NCBI GenBank assembly: GCA_964388275.1
Contig: CAYLZD010000003.1
Coordinates: 52,638 to 116,637, forward strand
Source of the DNA: an uncultured Chromatiales bacterium
Lineage (GTDB): Bacteria > Bacteroidota > Ignavibacteria > SZUA-365
DNA length: 64,000 bases
Direction: 5' to 3'
Shown here: one piece after another, positions 1-10,129 of the stretch
How positions within the stretch are numbered: position 1 is the first letter of the stretch
Layout: each line of letters begins with the position of its first letter
Program-made: the position numbers and the translations under genes
The notes under the pieces: generated by a model
The model's database searches: none
Seen by the model: the letters and a program-made list of their open reading frames with translations, nothing else
What the model was told of the DNA's origin: nothing

Positions 1-2354
1 AGACGGAAACTGTAAATCATTCTCGTGCTGGCTTCGTCGAGATTGATCGACGGATTGTTGAGTTCGCGGAACATGAAGCCGAAAGCGCGGTTGCTGTCCG
101 GAACGCTGCGCGTCTTCATGAGATGACGCTCCGTCGCGGCCGTGTTTATGGGCGGATAGTATCGGTAGTTCTGCATCTGGAGCCGGAATGGAGTGACCCG
201 GCCAGCGAGACCCTCGACCACGAGATAACCGTCGAGTCCGAGACGATCCGAGGGCGCGGTGCTGAGCGCGAAGTATATCGGCCTGTCGTTGATGTGGTTC
301 TTCACGATCTCGCGGATCATTATTTCCTGACCGATGAGCATCGATGTGCCGTAACGATCCTTGCGCGTAGCGGGCACCTCCCAGGCGAAGGCTTCCGGAA
401 CCTGCTGTCCCCGGAGGGCGGCCACGCCGCTCATCCAGGACGCGTCATAACTATTCCTGTCTATCGGAATGTTTAACGTCTGGGTTTCCCACGCCTCGGC
501 CATGAGTCTGTCCAGTTCCCCGTCCGTATAGTTGATTTTGACGGTTTTAGCGCCGTAAGGCCGCTCGTTCTTGAGCTGCTTCATGTACCAGTTGGTGTTT
601 ACGAGACTCAGATTCACCACTCGGATGTCGCGCCGTACGCCGCCCACATACTGCAGATACCAGACGGGGAAAGTGTCATTGTCGCCGCCGGTGAAGAGTA
701 TCGCGTCCTGATCACAGGATTGCAGAAGGTTGTAAGCGTAATCCCACGCCACGTAGTTGAAATGGCGGTTGTGGGTCTGATAGTTTTGACGCAGCATATT
801 GCCCGGCGCCGCAATCATGATCAGGCCGGCCAGACCGAATCCGATCGTTTCCTTCAACGCGAAACGGTCCTTCAGCATCTCCCAAAGCCCGTACACTCCC
901 AATCCCGTCCAGATCGCGAAGACGTAGAACGAGCCGACGAAGAAGTAGTCGCGCTCGCGCGGTTGCGAGTCGGCCATATTGAAGTAGATCACCAATCCCA
1001 CTCCCATGATGAGAAACAGGGCCGTCATCGCGATGAAGGTCCGCATGTCCTTCCTGAAATGGTAGAACATGCCCAGCAGACCGAGCAGCAGCGGAATGCC
1101 GTAATAACGGTTGGGATATCCGCTGCTTTCAGACCAGTCGCCTTCCACGCCGGCCACATCCACGGGAGCACCCTGGACGTCCCCCGCCCTGCCGACGAAA
1201 TTCCATCCGAAGTATCGGAGATACATTTCCCACAGCTGGTATTTCAGGAAGTAATGCGTGTCGCTGGAGTACTTGGCGTAGTTGCGCATTATGTTTTCGT
1301 CGGGATTCCAGCGGCGCGGAAAATACTTCTTCGCCCTGGTGTCTATATTTCCCACCGCATTGTCGTAATTGTGGCCGCGCAACAGCGGATAATCCCCGTA
1401 TTGCTCGCGGTTCAAATAGCTGTAGAATTTGTCCAGATCAGTCGGCGCGTTCTCGTTCAGCGCCGGCGACTGGTTCGAACGTATAAGCACGAGCGAGTAA
1501 GTCGAATATCCGAGCGCTACCAGCAAAAGCCCTAAAATTCCCATTCTGAAATGGGGATTGAGGTTTTTTGATGCGACAATTGCTATGAGAGCCACGACGA
1601 GCAGAATCACGAAATACAATCCGATGGTCCCTGACAGCAGATTAGGCAGCAGCTTCACCACGCCCGGATATACAAGGTAAAACGCGACCAGGGACAACAA
1701 GACACCCAGGAGCACCGTGATAAGAGTCACTCTCTCGGCATCCCTGTCCCTGAAATAAATGATGATGAAGACGAAGAAAAGGGAAAGAACGGCGAGCAAA
1801 TGAGCGCCTATGCTGAGGCCCATCATGTATGCGATGAGGAGCAGCGAGCGTTCGGAGTCGAACACTCCGGCATGTGCGTACCATTCGAGGGAAATCCACA
1901 CAGTTATCGAAATGAAGAACATTCCGATGCCGTACACTTCCGCTTCGCTCGCGTTGAACCAGAATGTGTCGCTGAAGGAAAAAATGAGCGCTCCCGTCGC
2001 TGCCGCGAGTATCATCATAATTCCAGCCGCGTTGCTCTTCGGCTCTCCGTTCCAAAGCCGGAGCAAACGGATCGACACGAGGTACACGAACAACACCGTC
2101 AGAGAACTCGAGAACGCGGATGCGAGGTTGACTCGGAAACCGACGTCTCCGATCGGCAAATGCGAAAGCACATTGCCGATCAACTGGAAAGTAGGCGCTC
2201 CGGGCGGATGGGGTATTCCCATCGTAACGGCCGCTGTGATGAACTCGCCGCAATCCCAGAAGGAAAGTGTCGGCGCGACGGTCAGCAGGTACACCACCGA
2301 GGAGATCGCAAACACTATGAATGCGGATACGCGGTGCAGGAGATTGAAGTTCAT
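1..2354 (-). CDS. DUF2723-family GT-C fold membrane protein (TMEM260/O-mannosyltransferase-like), partial: C-terminus lies beyond the window start
   Basis: Minus-strand ATG at 2354..2352 translates MNFNLLHRVSAFIVF...FWDCGEFITAAVTMGIPHPPGAP. The YFLKYQLWEMYLRYFGWNF motif (~1259..1200) is in the same frame, and no stop-delimited ORF is listed in this frame, so it runs off the window edge. It is a clear paralog of the next gene, and the start overlaps the upstream stop by 4 nt (ATGA). Confidence 0.6.
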   Translation of the reverse strand, partial: MNFNLLHRVSAFIVFAISSVVYLLTVAPTLSFWDCGEFITAAVTMGIPHPPGAPTFQLIGNVLSHLPIGDVGFRVNLASAFSSSLTVLFVYLVSIRLLRLWNGEPKSNAAGIMMILAAATGALIFSFSDTFWFNASEAEVYGIGMFFISITVWISLEWYAHAGVFDSERSLLLIAYMMGLSIGAHLLAVLSLFFVFIIIYFRDRDAERVTLITVLLGVLLSLVAFYLVYPGVVKLLPNLLSGTIGLYFVILLVVALIAIVASKNLNPHFRMGILGLLLVALGYSTYSLVLIRSNQSPALNENAPTDLDKFYSYLNREQYGDYPLLRGHNYDNAVGNIDTRAKKYFPRRWNPDENIMRNYAKYSSDTHYFLKYQLWEMYLRYFGWNFVGRAGDVQGAPVDVAGVEGDWSESSGYPNRYYGIPLLLGLLGMFYHFRKDMRTFIAMTALFLIMGVGLVIYFNMADSQPRERDYFFVGSFYVFAIWTGLGVYGLWEMLKDRFALKETIGFGLAGLIMIAAPGNMLRQNYQTHNRHFNYVAWDYAYNLLQSCDQDAILFTGGDNDTFPVWYLQYVGGVRRDIRVVNLSLVNTNWYMKQLKNERPYGAKTVKINYTDGELDRLMAEAWETQTLNIPIDRNSYDASWMSGVAALRGQQVPEAFAWEVPATRKDRYGTSMLIGQEIMIREIVKNHINDRPIYFALSTAPSDRLGLDGYLVVEGLAGRVTPFRLQMQNYRYYPPINTAATERHLMKTRSVPDSNRAFGFMFRELNNPSINLDEASTRMIYSFR

Positions 2355-5185
2355 GACGACTCTCGGTTATTGTTGATTGTCTCTGTTGCTTTCAATGATT
2401 CGTCGAGCAAGGCATCGCGCTTCCTGCGCACGTCGGCGGCGTTCGGGAAAAGACGTTCCAACTCCCGGAGAAGGTCCAACGCATCGTCGCGGCGTCCCTG
2501 CATCATCGCAATGTCGAGCAGATAACGGTAAGGGCTCTGCAGACCCGCCGCGTTGCGCGGCCCCTGGCGGATTTCGCGCTTGAGACGCTTCTCCACATCC
2601 ATGAATATGCGCGCGGCGGCTTTCCTGTCGCCCGCTTTGTGGTATAACACCCCCAGATCGAAAGCTTCCCGCGCATCCATGGGAAACGAGCGCAACGGGA
2701 ACGCTCTTTCCATCGCCGACAACGCCCTGGCCGCGGCTTCGGCGTCTCCCGCCACCCGGGTTTCATAATCGGCCAGCCGTAGAAACAGCGCTCTTTGCCA
2801 TCGCAAATTCTCCCTCGACTCGGGAGGGAGGTAGCCGCCGGCGCCGGCGGCATGCGTGAGCAAGAGTCCTCTTTCGGGAGACCTGCGCGGGGCATCCACC
2901 CTGTTCAGCGCCGTTTCCCGCAACGAGCTGCGTCTGATCGCACCCGCGCCCGGAGACCGCACGGGTGTCAGCCGAAACACCGCTCCGTCCAACCTCATGA
3001 AGTCCTGCAGACTTCCCGGTATGCCGTCCATGCACTCCGGTGTAAAATGCAGAGGACGATGCCAAGCGGCCGCCGCAATTATATCATTCAGGAACACGTC
3101 CCTCCAAGGCCTGAAATATCTGACGAGCTCGCCGGAACCGTCGAGAGCCACCGGATGAGAGGCCTGCGCGGAGTATATCATGGCCGAACCACGCCGCAAG
3201 CGGGCGAGCGAATCAGCTGCGGCGCGCGGTGCGCCCTCGAGCGTCTCGCTGACGAAAGTGCGCATCGTGTCTCGTCCTACCGGAATCCTCAATTCGCGTC
3301 GATCCGAAATCCAGCCTGTCTTCAGTATGGCGGCTCTTCCCATCGCCGGAAGTTGCGACAGCTCCTCCATTGTGAAGGAAGTCGGCACGGGCTTCCCCGA
3401 CCTGCCTGGTGAAACCGATTGCATCGAGTGCCAGGACGCGCCCAGCAGTCCGAGATTCACCAGTCGCACGTCGCGTCTTATTCGGTTCGCTTCCTGAAGA
3501 TACAGGAGCGGCCAGTAATCGTTGTCGCCCTGAGTAAAAAGGACGGCCCCCTGCTCGCAACCTTGCAATTTGTTGTACGCGGCGTCCCTCGCGCTGTAAT
3601 CGCGGCTCCTATCATGTTCGTACGCATTCGCGGCGAACATCCGGCCCGGAGCCGCGTAAAAAGCGGCGAGAAGAACGAATACCGCGGCGGCGGGCTTTCC
3701 GCCGAAACGGCGCGCGAAAGCTCTCGCCAGACAGCCGGCCGCCGTGCCGATCCAGATCGACATCACCATCAGTACCGGTATGACGGCTCTATCCTCCTCG
3801 CGCTCCATCGGCATTTCCGGGTTACGGGCGAAGGTCAACCCGACGCTCATAGTGACGAATACGAGAAGCAGAAAGAATCCGCCCGGAAAATGCAGGCGCA
3901 AATGCTGGAACATGCCTCCCAGGGCCAGCAGAAGAGGCAAGGCGTAATAAACATTCGGGTATGCGGCGGAAGCGCCTCCATCGAGGGATTCGACTGCCCG
4001 GGCGCCGCCGAACAGCACGGCGGGCGAGCCGTTGTCGTCGCCGGCGCGGCCTGAGAAATTCCATAGCACGTATCGTATGAAACCGCGATTGAGTTGCTGA
4101 TCCAAGAAGATCTCCGCATCCGAGTCCTCTCCGACCGACTGCATGCCGGACGGGTTCCGGCCGCGTACGAACACCGACGAACCGCGGCTGAAATCGCCCT
4201 CGGCGAGATACGCCGAATACGAGGCCTCCGCTCCCGCAGCGCCGATGTTCAGCGCAGGATCCTGGGCCGCGCGGATAGGGATCACCGCATTCAGCGATGT
4301 CCCGGCCAGATACAGCGCGACCGCAAGTGAACACGTCGCCGCGACGCTGCTTCGTGTGACCCGGGAGATAATCCCCCCGAGCGCAAGCAGGATCGTGATC
4401 GCGGCAACTATGAGAAGAAGCAGGGAGATCCCGGCGGGATAACCTCCGAACAAAGAGGCCGCGGCTGACGGTGCGGCGATTAGCGCTCCGTAATACATCA
4501 ATACGAAAAGTCCGGCCGTCATCAGCCCCGTCTGCGCGAATCCCCGCATCCCCCGGCCGAAAATCGCTCCTCCGACGAGCATTCCCGCGGGAATTGCGAG
4601 CAGAATCAGATCCCGCGAAACCGCGGTGGCCAGCCCGAAGAGAAAGGCAAGCATCATCAGGCGGCGCGCATCGCCTCGCGCCGTCGCCGAGCGCCGCCAC
4701 AGCATTGCGACGAAAATTATTAGGGCGGCCGTCAGCGCGGAAGGCGCGCCGATGCCCGTCTCAACGGCCGCGCTCCAGAACGTGTCCGCGAAAGCCAGAG
4801 ATAAACCGGCAATGAGCGCCCCGCCTGAAGCCGCAAAGGCTCCGACGCGGGTCTTGATCCATTCGCCGAACAGCGAGCGCAGAATTTCGAATGCAATTCG
4901 GCACACCAGCAACACGGTGGTCGAAGCAAACAGGGCGGACAGCATGTTCAACCGGCGCGCGGTGTCTCCCAGATCGGGAATCAACGCCGCAATGCGAGCC
5001 GTCAGCAGATACAAGGGAGCGCCCGGAGATCGCGGAATCCCGAAAGTCGCCGCGGCAGCGGCATATTCTCCGCTTTCCCACCAGGATACTGACGGGAAAG
5101 CGGTCGCCGCATAGATCGCGAAAGCCGCGACACCGGCGACCGCCGATGTCAAGACCTCAGGACGGCGTGTCGGAATCATCCTCAT
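2351..5185 (-). CDS. DUF2723-family GT-C fold polytopic membrane protein with C-terminal TPR repeats (putative protein O-glycosyl/mannosyltransferase-like)
   Basis: 944-aa ORF with N-terminal motifs SWWESGEY and GIPRSPGAP and many TM segments. The C-terminus has TPR-like repeats (REAFDLGVLYHKAGDRKAAARIF...). It is translationally coupled (ATGA overlap) to the downstream paralog. Confidence 0.7.
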   Translation of the reverse strand: MRMIPTRRPEVLTSAVAGVAAFAIYAATAFPSVSWWESGEYAAAAATFGIPRSPGAPLYLLTARIAALIPDLGDTARRLNMLSALFASTTVLLVCRIAFEILRSLFGEWIKTRVGAFAASGGALIAGLSLAFADTFWSAAVETGIGAPSALTAALIIFVAMLWRRSATARGDARRLMMLAFLFGLATAVSRDLILLAIPAGMLVGGAIFGRGMRGFAQTGLMTAGLFVLMYYGALIAAPSAAASLFGGYPAGISLLLLIVAAITILLALGGIISRVTRSSVAATCSLAVALYLAGTSLNAVIPIRAAQDPALNIGAAGAEASYSAYLAEGDFSRGSSVFVRGRNPSGMQSVGEDSDAEIFLDQQLNRGFIRYVLWNFSGRAGDDNGSPAVLFGGARAVESLDGGASAAYPNVYYALPLLLALGGMFQHLRLHFPGGFFLLLVFVTMSVGLTFARNPEMPMEREEDRAVIPVLMVMSIWIGTAAGCLARAFARRFGGKPAAAVFVLLAAFYAAPGRMFAANAYEHDRSRDYSARDAAYNKLQGCEQGAVLFTQGDNDYWPLLYLQEANRIRRDVRLVNLGLLGASWHSMQSVSPGRSGKPVPTSFTMEELSQLPAMGRAAILKTGWISDRRELRIPVGRDTMRTFVSETLEGAPRAAADSLARLRRGSAMIYSAQASHPVALDGSGELVRYFRPWRDVFLNDIIAAAAWHRPLHFTPECMDGIPGSLQDFMRLDGAVFRLTPVRSPGAGAIRRSSLRETALNRVDAPRRSPERGLLLTHAAGAGGYLPPESRENLRWQRALFLRLADYETRVAGDAEAAARALSAMERAFPLRSFPMDAREAFDLGVLYHKAGDRKAAARIFMDVEKRLKREIRQGPRNAAGLQSPYRYLLDIAMMQGRRDDALDLLRELERLFPNAADVRRKRDALLDESLKATETINNNRESS

Positions 5186-5269
5186 CCGCCGCCTGAACGC
5201 GGTCCGGCCGGTCTCATCGCAGGGTTATTCATTCAAATGTCGACCACGCTTACGTGTCCATGCCCCTGA

Positions 5270-5539
5270 TCAGACCGGCTCCGACGTCTTGCTTCTCCGC
5301 CTGTATAAAATGCCCAGCGGAATTATGACGCAGTAGCCTACAGCTAGAATTATCGGCGCGACCGTCACTGAGAGTGGACTGATGTCGTCTCCCATCGACA
5401 TGACGATGTAACCCAGAAGCACTACGAGAACGCCCCCGAGCATGATGATGTAGTTGATGCGCTGTGGAAGCTCCAGTTCCGAAATAAACGCCTTCCGCTT
5501 CAGCTTTTTTTTGTTTTTTCCGGCGGCGATTTTTGCCAT
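5270..5539 (-). CDS. small lysine-rich membrane protein, 2 TM helices (possibly DUF3098-like)
   Basis: 89 aa with a basic N-terminus (MAKIAAGKNKKKLKRK) followed by two hydrophobic helices. It lies downstream of lolD on the same strand. Confidence 0.4.
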   Translation of the reverse strand: MAKIAAGKNKKKLKRKAFISELELPQRINYIIMLGGVLVVLLGYIVMSMGDDISPLSVTVAPIILAVGYCVIIPLGILYRRRSKTSEPV

Positions 5540-5588
5540 GCGTTCTCCTTGTCGAGCGTTTTATTGTTTTGTTCTGAGCACTGAATAG

Positions 5589-6272
5589 TCATTTCCGCTT
5601 TTCAAGACGGCCATCGTGAAGATGATATATGGCGTCCGCTCGCCCGGCCAATCCCTCGTCATGAGTTACAATCACGAAAGTGCGCCCGTGTTCGCGCGAA
5701 AGCTTCCAGAGCAGGTCGTGCAGGGATGCCGCGTTTTCGGCGTCCAGATTTCCGGACGGTTCGTCCGCAAGAACCACAGCAGGTCCGTTGGCAAGAGCCC
5801 TGGCGACCGCGATCCTCTGTTGCTCGCCGCCGGAGAGCTCCGAAGGCCGGGCATCGGCCCGGTGCAGCACGCCGACCCGGGAGATAAGCTCGCGTGAACG
5901 GCCCTCGGCTTCAGCGCGGCCTGCGCCGGCTATCAGCATGGGCATGGACACGTTCTCGACAGCCGTGAACTCGGGAAGCAGATGATGAAACTGGAAAACG
6001 AAGCCGATTTTACCGTTACGGAAAGCTGCAAGTTGGGCATCCTTCAGAGTGAACATGTCCTCGCCGGCTACTCGAACTTCGCCGGAAGTCGGCTTGTCCA
6101 GAGCGCCGATGATATGGAGGAGCGTGCTTTTACCTGCGCCTGAAGCGCCGATTATCGCAGCGATTTCTCCTTCGCGCACCTTCATCGATACGCCTCGCAA
6201 GACTTCGAGACCGGCGGATCCTGTCTGATACGACTTGTGTACGTTGCGGATATCGACAATGGGAGAGGACAT
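5589..6272 (-). CDS. lolD: lipoprotein-releasing system ATP-binding protein LolD (ABC ATPase)
   Basis: Walker A GASGAGKST, ABC signature LSGGEQQRIAVARAL, Walker B VVLADEPSGNLD; 227 aa. Confidence 0.85.
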   Translation of the reverse strand: MSSPIVDIRNVHKSYQTGSAGLEVLRGVSMKVREGEIAAIIGASGAGKSTLLHIIGALDKPTSGEVRVAGEDMFTLKDAQLAAFRNGKIGFVFQFHHLLPEFTAVENVSMPMLIAGAGRAEAEGRSRELISRVGVLHRADARPSELSGGEQQRIAVARALANGPAVVLADEPSGNLDAENAASLHDLLWKLSREHGRTFVIVTHDEGLAGRADAIYHLHDGRLEKRK

Positions 6273-6340
6273 CGAAATAGCGTCAAACTATAAAGATAGC
6301 CTGATTTCCGGCCATTAAGCAAACCATAATCACCGCCCTG

Positions 6341-7558
6341 CTATTCCCATCTGACGGCATCGATGATTTCGACATTTCCCGCCCTTCCGGCCGGATACCA
6401 CGCGGCAAGCAGACAAAGAGCGAACGTGGCGACAGCAATTATGGCTATGTCCGGCAAACGCGGATCGACGGGAAGAGCCGGTATGATGAAGGCGGCATCG
6501 AGTTTCAACAGTCCGAAATTGTGCTGCAGCCAACATACGATCAGGCCCAGCGTTGTTCCTGCAACCACACCGGTCACGCCTATCCAGAAACCCTGCAACA
6601 GGAAGATCCGCCGTATCCGAGCAGCCGATACTCCCATGGTCCGGAGAATGCCGATATCGCGCCTTTTCTCCAAAACAAGCATCGTCAACGAGGCGAGTAT
6701 GTTGAAGACGGCCACGGCGATAATCACGCCCAGCAACACGAACGCGCTCCAACGTTCAATGCGCATCACCGAATACAAGTCCTTGTGCAGATCGTACCAT
6801 GTGAGGATGTTCCAGCCGGCGCCGATTTCCGCTGAGAGTCGGTTCTTGACTTCATTGCTGTAGTCTATGTCGGCCAATTTGATCTCAAAGCCGGCGGCAT
6901 CCTCGTCGGCGTGGAAAAACTCGACCGCAGCCGCCAACGGCAGGAAAACGACCCCCGCATCCACTTTCTTGTTCTTCGAATCATAAATGCCCGCAACCGG
7001 ACAGTAAAAAATGGTGGGCGTCACATACTGCGTCAACATGCTCTGCATCCCCGCCGGACTTACAAGCTCCAGCGTATCCCCTTCCAGCAGTCTCAACTTG
7101 TCGGCAAGCGTGATGCCGACAAGTATCGCGAACGGCGATTCATGAGACGCTCTGCCCATGACGATCGCGGATCTAATGCCGGATACATCGTCTACGGTGG
7201 CCGCTTCGTACCCCTTGACCTGCACGAAACCGGTATATCCTTTTGAAATCGCCATGGCTTTCCGCTCGATGACACGCGTGCGTCCGATCACCCGTTTTTC
7301 CGCCGCGAGTATGCTGTCGATTCGAGCCGCCGGAATCCCATCCTTTCTCGGCGTCTTCTCTATCCTGATATGCGGGTCGACCTTCAGCATGATCTCCGTC
7401 ACAAGGCCTCCGAAGCCGTTGAATACCGACATCACGACCACCAGCGCGGCGACTCCGAAGGCGATTCCCATCGTCGCGAGCAGCGCTATGATGTTGATGA
7501 AGCTGAAACGCTTTTTTCCGAGCAGGTATCTGCGGGCGATGAATCTCTCGATGGACAT
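6341..7558 (-). CDS. lolE: LolC/LolE-family ABC transporter permease (FtsX-like, MacB-type)
   Basis: 405 aa starting MSIERFIARRYLLGKKRFSFINII. N-terminal TM helix, large periplasmic domain, and a C-terminal FtsX 3-TM bundle. Confidence 0.8.
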   Translation of the reverse strand: MSIERFIARRYLLGKKRFSFINIIALLATMGIAFGVAALVVVMSVFNGFGGLVTEIMLKVDPHIRIEKTPRKDGIPAARIDSILAAEKRVIGRTRVIERKAMAISKGYTGFVQVKGYEAATVDDVSGIRSAIVMGRASHESPFAILVGITLADKLRLLEGDTLELVSPAGMQSMLTQYVTPTIFYCPVAGIYDSKNKKVDAGVVFLPLAAAVEFFHADEDAAGFEIKLADIDYSNEVKNRLSAEIGAGWNILTWYDLHKDLYSVMRIERWSAFVLLGVIIAVAVFNILASLTMLVLEKRRDIGILRTMGVSAARIRRIFLLQGFWIGVTGVVAGTTLGLIVCWLQHNFGLLKLDAAFIIPALPVDPRLPDIAIIAVATFALCLLAAWYPAGRAGNVEIIDAVRWE

Positions 7559-7567
7559 GCTGAACGC

Positions 7568-8773
7568 TCAATGGAAGCGGATTGAGGCGACCGGATTCAA
7601 TCGCGAAGCCAGCCACGCCGGCGCCGTGGCGGACAGAATGGACAGCGCCGTCGCCGCCAGCATCGGGATAGCGAAACTCTCGACGGACAGGCGTATCGGA
7701 ACGGTCGTCATGTAGTAGACATCGGGCGGAAGACTGAAGAACCGGAATTCCGCCTGCGCGGCCAGCAGGCCCAGAGCCGCCAACGAACCGAGGGCGGCGC
7801 CCGCAAGCCCGACGATGGCGCCCTGGAATAGGTATATGCCCCGGATCGAACGCCTCGATGCTCCCAGGGCCAGCAGTATCCCTATCGACGAGGTCTTTTC
7901 AATGACGAACAGGAGCAGAGTCGAGATTACATTGAACGCAGAGATCAGAATGAGAGATCCGACGACTATCGGCACCAGATCCTTCTGGAGGTCGATCCAT
8001 ACAAACAGATTCCTGTATATGTCGAACACCGATCTCACGTCGAACGGATAGCCGAGCGCTACCGCCGCCCTTCCGGCCACCGCGTTAACATCGGCGGGAT
8101 CGCTGCACCGGACATCGTACCCGTTCAAAACCGCCGGAGAGTCGAACAGGCGCTGCGCCGTCTGGATGGAAGTGAAGATCATGAGATCGTCGAAGTACTC
8201 GGCCATCCCTGTTTCATAAAGCCCACGGATTACGCATTGAACTTTGGGGGCGGCAAGGGCGTCTTCGGGTTCCTTCATTCCGAGCAGGAGAATACGATCA
8301 CCGACGCCAAGACCGAGCCGTTGAGCCAGGCGTTCGCCCATCACGACGGACGGACGCCGGTCGGGATGCCGCCATTGCCACACTCCCTGTTTGATCCTCC
8401 TCTGCAGCCCGCCGGCTTCGGTCACGCCTTTCACAAGAACCCCGTCTATGTCATCCCGTGTTATGACCACCGCTTCACGCTGCAAGAAAGGCGACGCGGA
8501 GGTGACGCCGCCCACGGCTTTGAGTCTCTCCAGACGCGCGTGATCCTCGGCGACGACGGCATTGCCGAAGGTTCCGACCTGTATATGACCCGACACGCCT
8601 GTGATCACTGAACGAAGTTCGCGTTCGAAGCCGTCGAGTATGCAGAAGGTGATGATAAGGGCCGCTGTTCCGACGGCGACGCTGCCGACAGCGGTCATCG
8701 TCATGAACGAAAGGAAACGCGACAGCGACCGTGCCCTCATGCTCCGGAATGCCACCTGTGCCGAAAAACCCAT
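7568..8773 (-). CDS. lolC: LolC/LolE-family ABC transporter permease
   Basis: 401 aa, paralog of the previous permease with the same topology; arranged in tandem with lolE and lolD. Confidence 0.8.
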   Translation of the reverse strand: MGFSAQVAFRSMRARSLSRFLSFMTMTAVGSVAVGTAALIITFCILDGFERELRSVITGVSGHIQVGTFGNAVVAEDHARLERLKAVGGVTSASPFLQREAVVITRDDIDGVLVKGVTEAGGLQRRIKQGVWQWRHPDRRPSVVMGERLAQRLGLGVGDRILLLGMKEPEDALAAPKVQCVIRGLYETGMAEYFDDLMIFTSIQTAQRLFDSPAVLNGYDVRCSDPADVNAVAGRAAVALGYPFDVRSVFDIYRNLFVWIDLQKDLVPIVVGSLILISAFNVISTLLLFVIEKTSSIGILLALGASRRSIRGIYLFQGAIVGLAGAALGSLAALGLLAAQAEFRFFSLPPDVYYMTTVPIRLSVESFAIPMLAATALSILSATAPAWLASRLNPVASIRFH

Positions 8774-8803
8774 CAGGGTATCATCCTCCCGCCGGCAGCC
8801 GGA

Positions 8804-9923
8804 TTATTCAGGCATCGCAGCGACGGCGCTGCCGAAGGTGAGCAGATACGGTTTAATGAAGGCATCCAGAGCTCCGTCCATTACTCCTTGAACGTCGCTG
8901 CTCTCGGCGCCGGTGCGGTGATCCTTGACCATAGTGTAAGGTTGAAACACATACGAGCGGATCTGGCTGCCCCATTCGATCCTTTTTTTCGAGTCCTCTA
9001 TCGCGGCAAGCCGCGAGGCCTCCTTCTCGCGCTCTATCTGGTAAAGTCTGGACTGCAGAAGCTTCATAGCTGTCGCGCGATTCTGATGCTGCGACCTCTC
9101 CTGCTGGCAGGCCACCACGATCCCCGTCGGAACATGCGTTATTCGAACCGCTGTCTCCACCTTATTGACGTTCTGGCCGCCCTTGCCGCCGCTGCGGAAA
9201 GTATCCACTTTGAGATCCGCCGGGTTTATCTCGATCACGATGTCGTCATCCACTTCAGGATACACGAACACCGAGGCAAAGGATGTGTGGCGCCGTTTAT
9301 TGGCGTCGAAAGGTGAAATGCGCACAAGCCGATGGACGCCTATCTCGGATTTGAGAGAGCCGAAGGCGTAAGAACCCTTGACCTCCATCGTGGCGCTTTT
9401 TATTCCCGCTCCCTCGCCCTCCAATTCGTCTATCAAATCGACGGAATAACCCCGCCGCTCGCAGAAACGCAGGTACATGCGCCGCAGCATATCCGCCCAA
9501 TCCTGTGATTCGGTGCCGCCGGCCCCCGAGTGAATGGTCAGAATCGCGTTGCGCTGATCATCAGGTCCTGAAAGCATGTTTTTAAACTCCAAGTCGGAAA
9601 GCCGGCTCAGAGTTTCGCGGAATTCTCGTTCGAGTTCCTCGGCGATGGCGGTATCGGCGGTCTCTTCAGCCAGTTCTATCAGCGTTTCATAATCCGATGC
9701 GCTGCGGTCCACCGCTTCCCAGAGTTCCACCCATTCTCGGCGCAAGGCGATTTCCCGCATGGTTTTCTGAGCGGCGATATTGTCGTCCCAGAAACCCGGT
9801 TGATGCGTCTGCCGCTCGAATTCCTCTATTTCGGCGATTTTCCGACCGATGTCAAAGATACCCCCGGAGTGCATTGACGCGCTCGCGGATATCCCGGGAT
9901 CGGGTTGAGTGCTCTTCAAACAT
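8804..9923 (-). CDS. prfB: peptide chain release factor 2, expressed via a programmed +1 ribosomal frameshift
   Basis: The ORF 8804..9919 carries GGQ ([10 protein letters not shown]) and SPF motifs (RF2 uses SPF rather than PxT). The true start is ATG 9923..9921 ([23 protein letters not shown], then UGA), with a SD GAGAGGA 5 nt upstream. The shift site CTT TGA C matches the canonical RF2 site. Confidence 0.9.
9851..9857 (-). other. prfB programmed +1 frameshift site (CUU UGA C), preceded by an internal SD-like GGGGG
   Basis: Minus-strand sequence cactcc-GGGGG-UAU-CUU-UGA-C. The 0-frame gives RGYL-stop and the +1 frame continues [13 protein letters not shown], as in E. coli RF2. Confidence 0.85.
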
Positions 9924-10129
9924 GATATTCCTCTCGGTGTCAGGTGAAATAATACGGCGACAGCGTTGAGCGCCGCCGCCCGCGACGGCGGGCGATCGGC
10001 CGTTGAAACTGCACATATTCGATCAGCGGCGCCGGAAGCGCAATAATACGCGGGGCGGGCGCCGGGTTGAAATTTAGAAACAGGACCAGCACGAAGACGG
10101 CAAGCGCCCTTCGAATCGACAGAGGGGCG

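Noticed and set aside
720-1535. Long plus-strand ORFs (720..1535, 1800..2525, 1810..2376) overlapping the first DUF2723 gene
   Set aside because: They are antisense shadows in a high-GC region, with Arg/His-rich low-complexity translations and no motifs. The opposite strand carries clear DUF2723 family motifs in a continuous frame.
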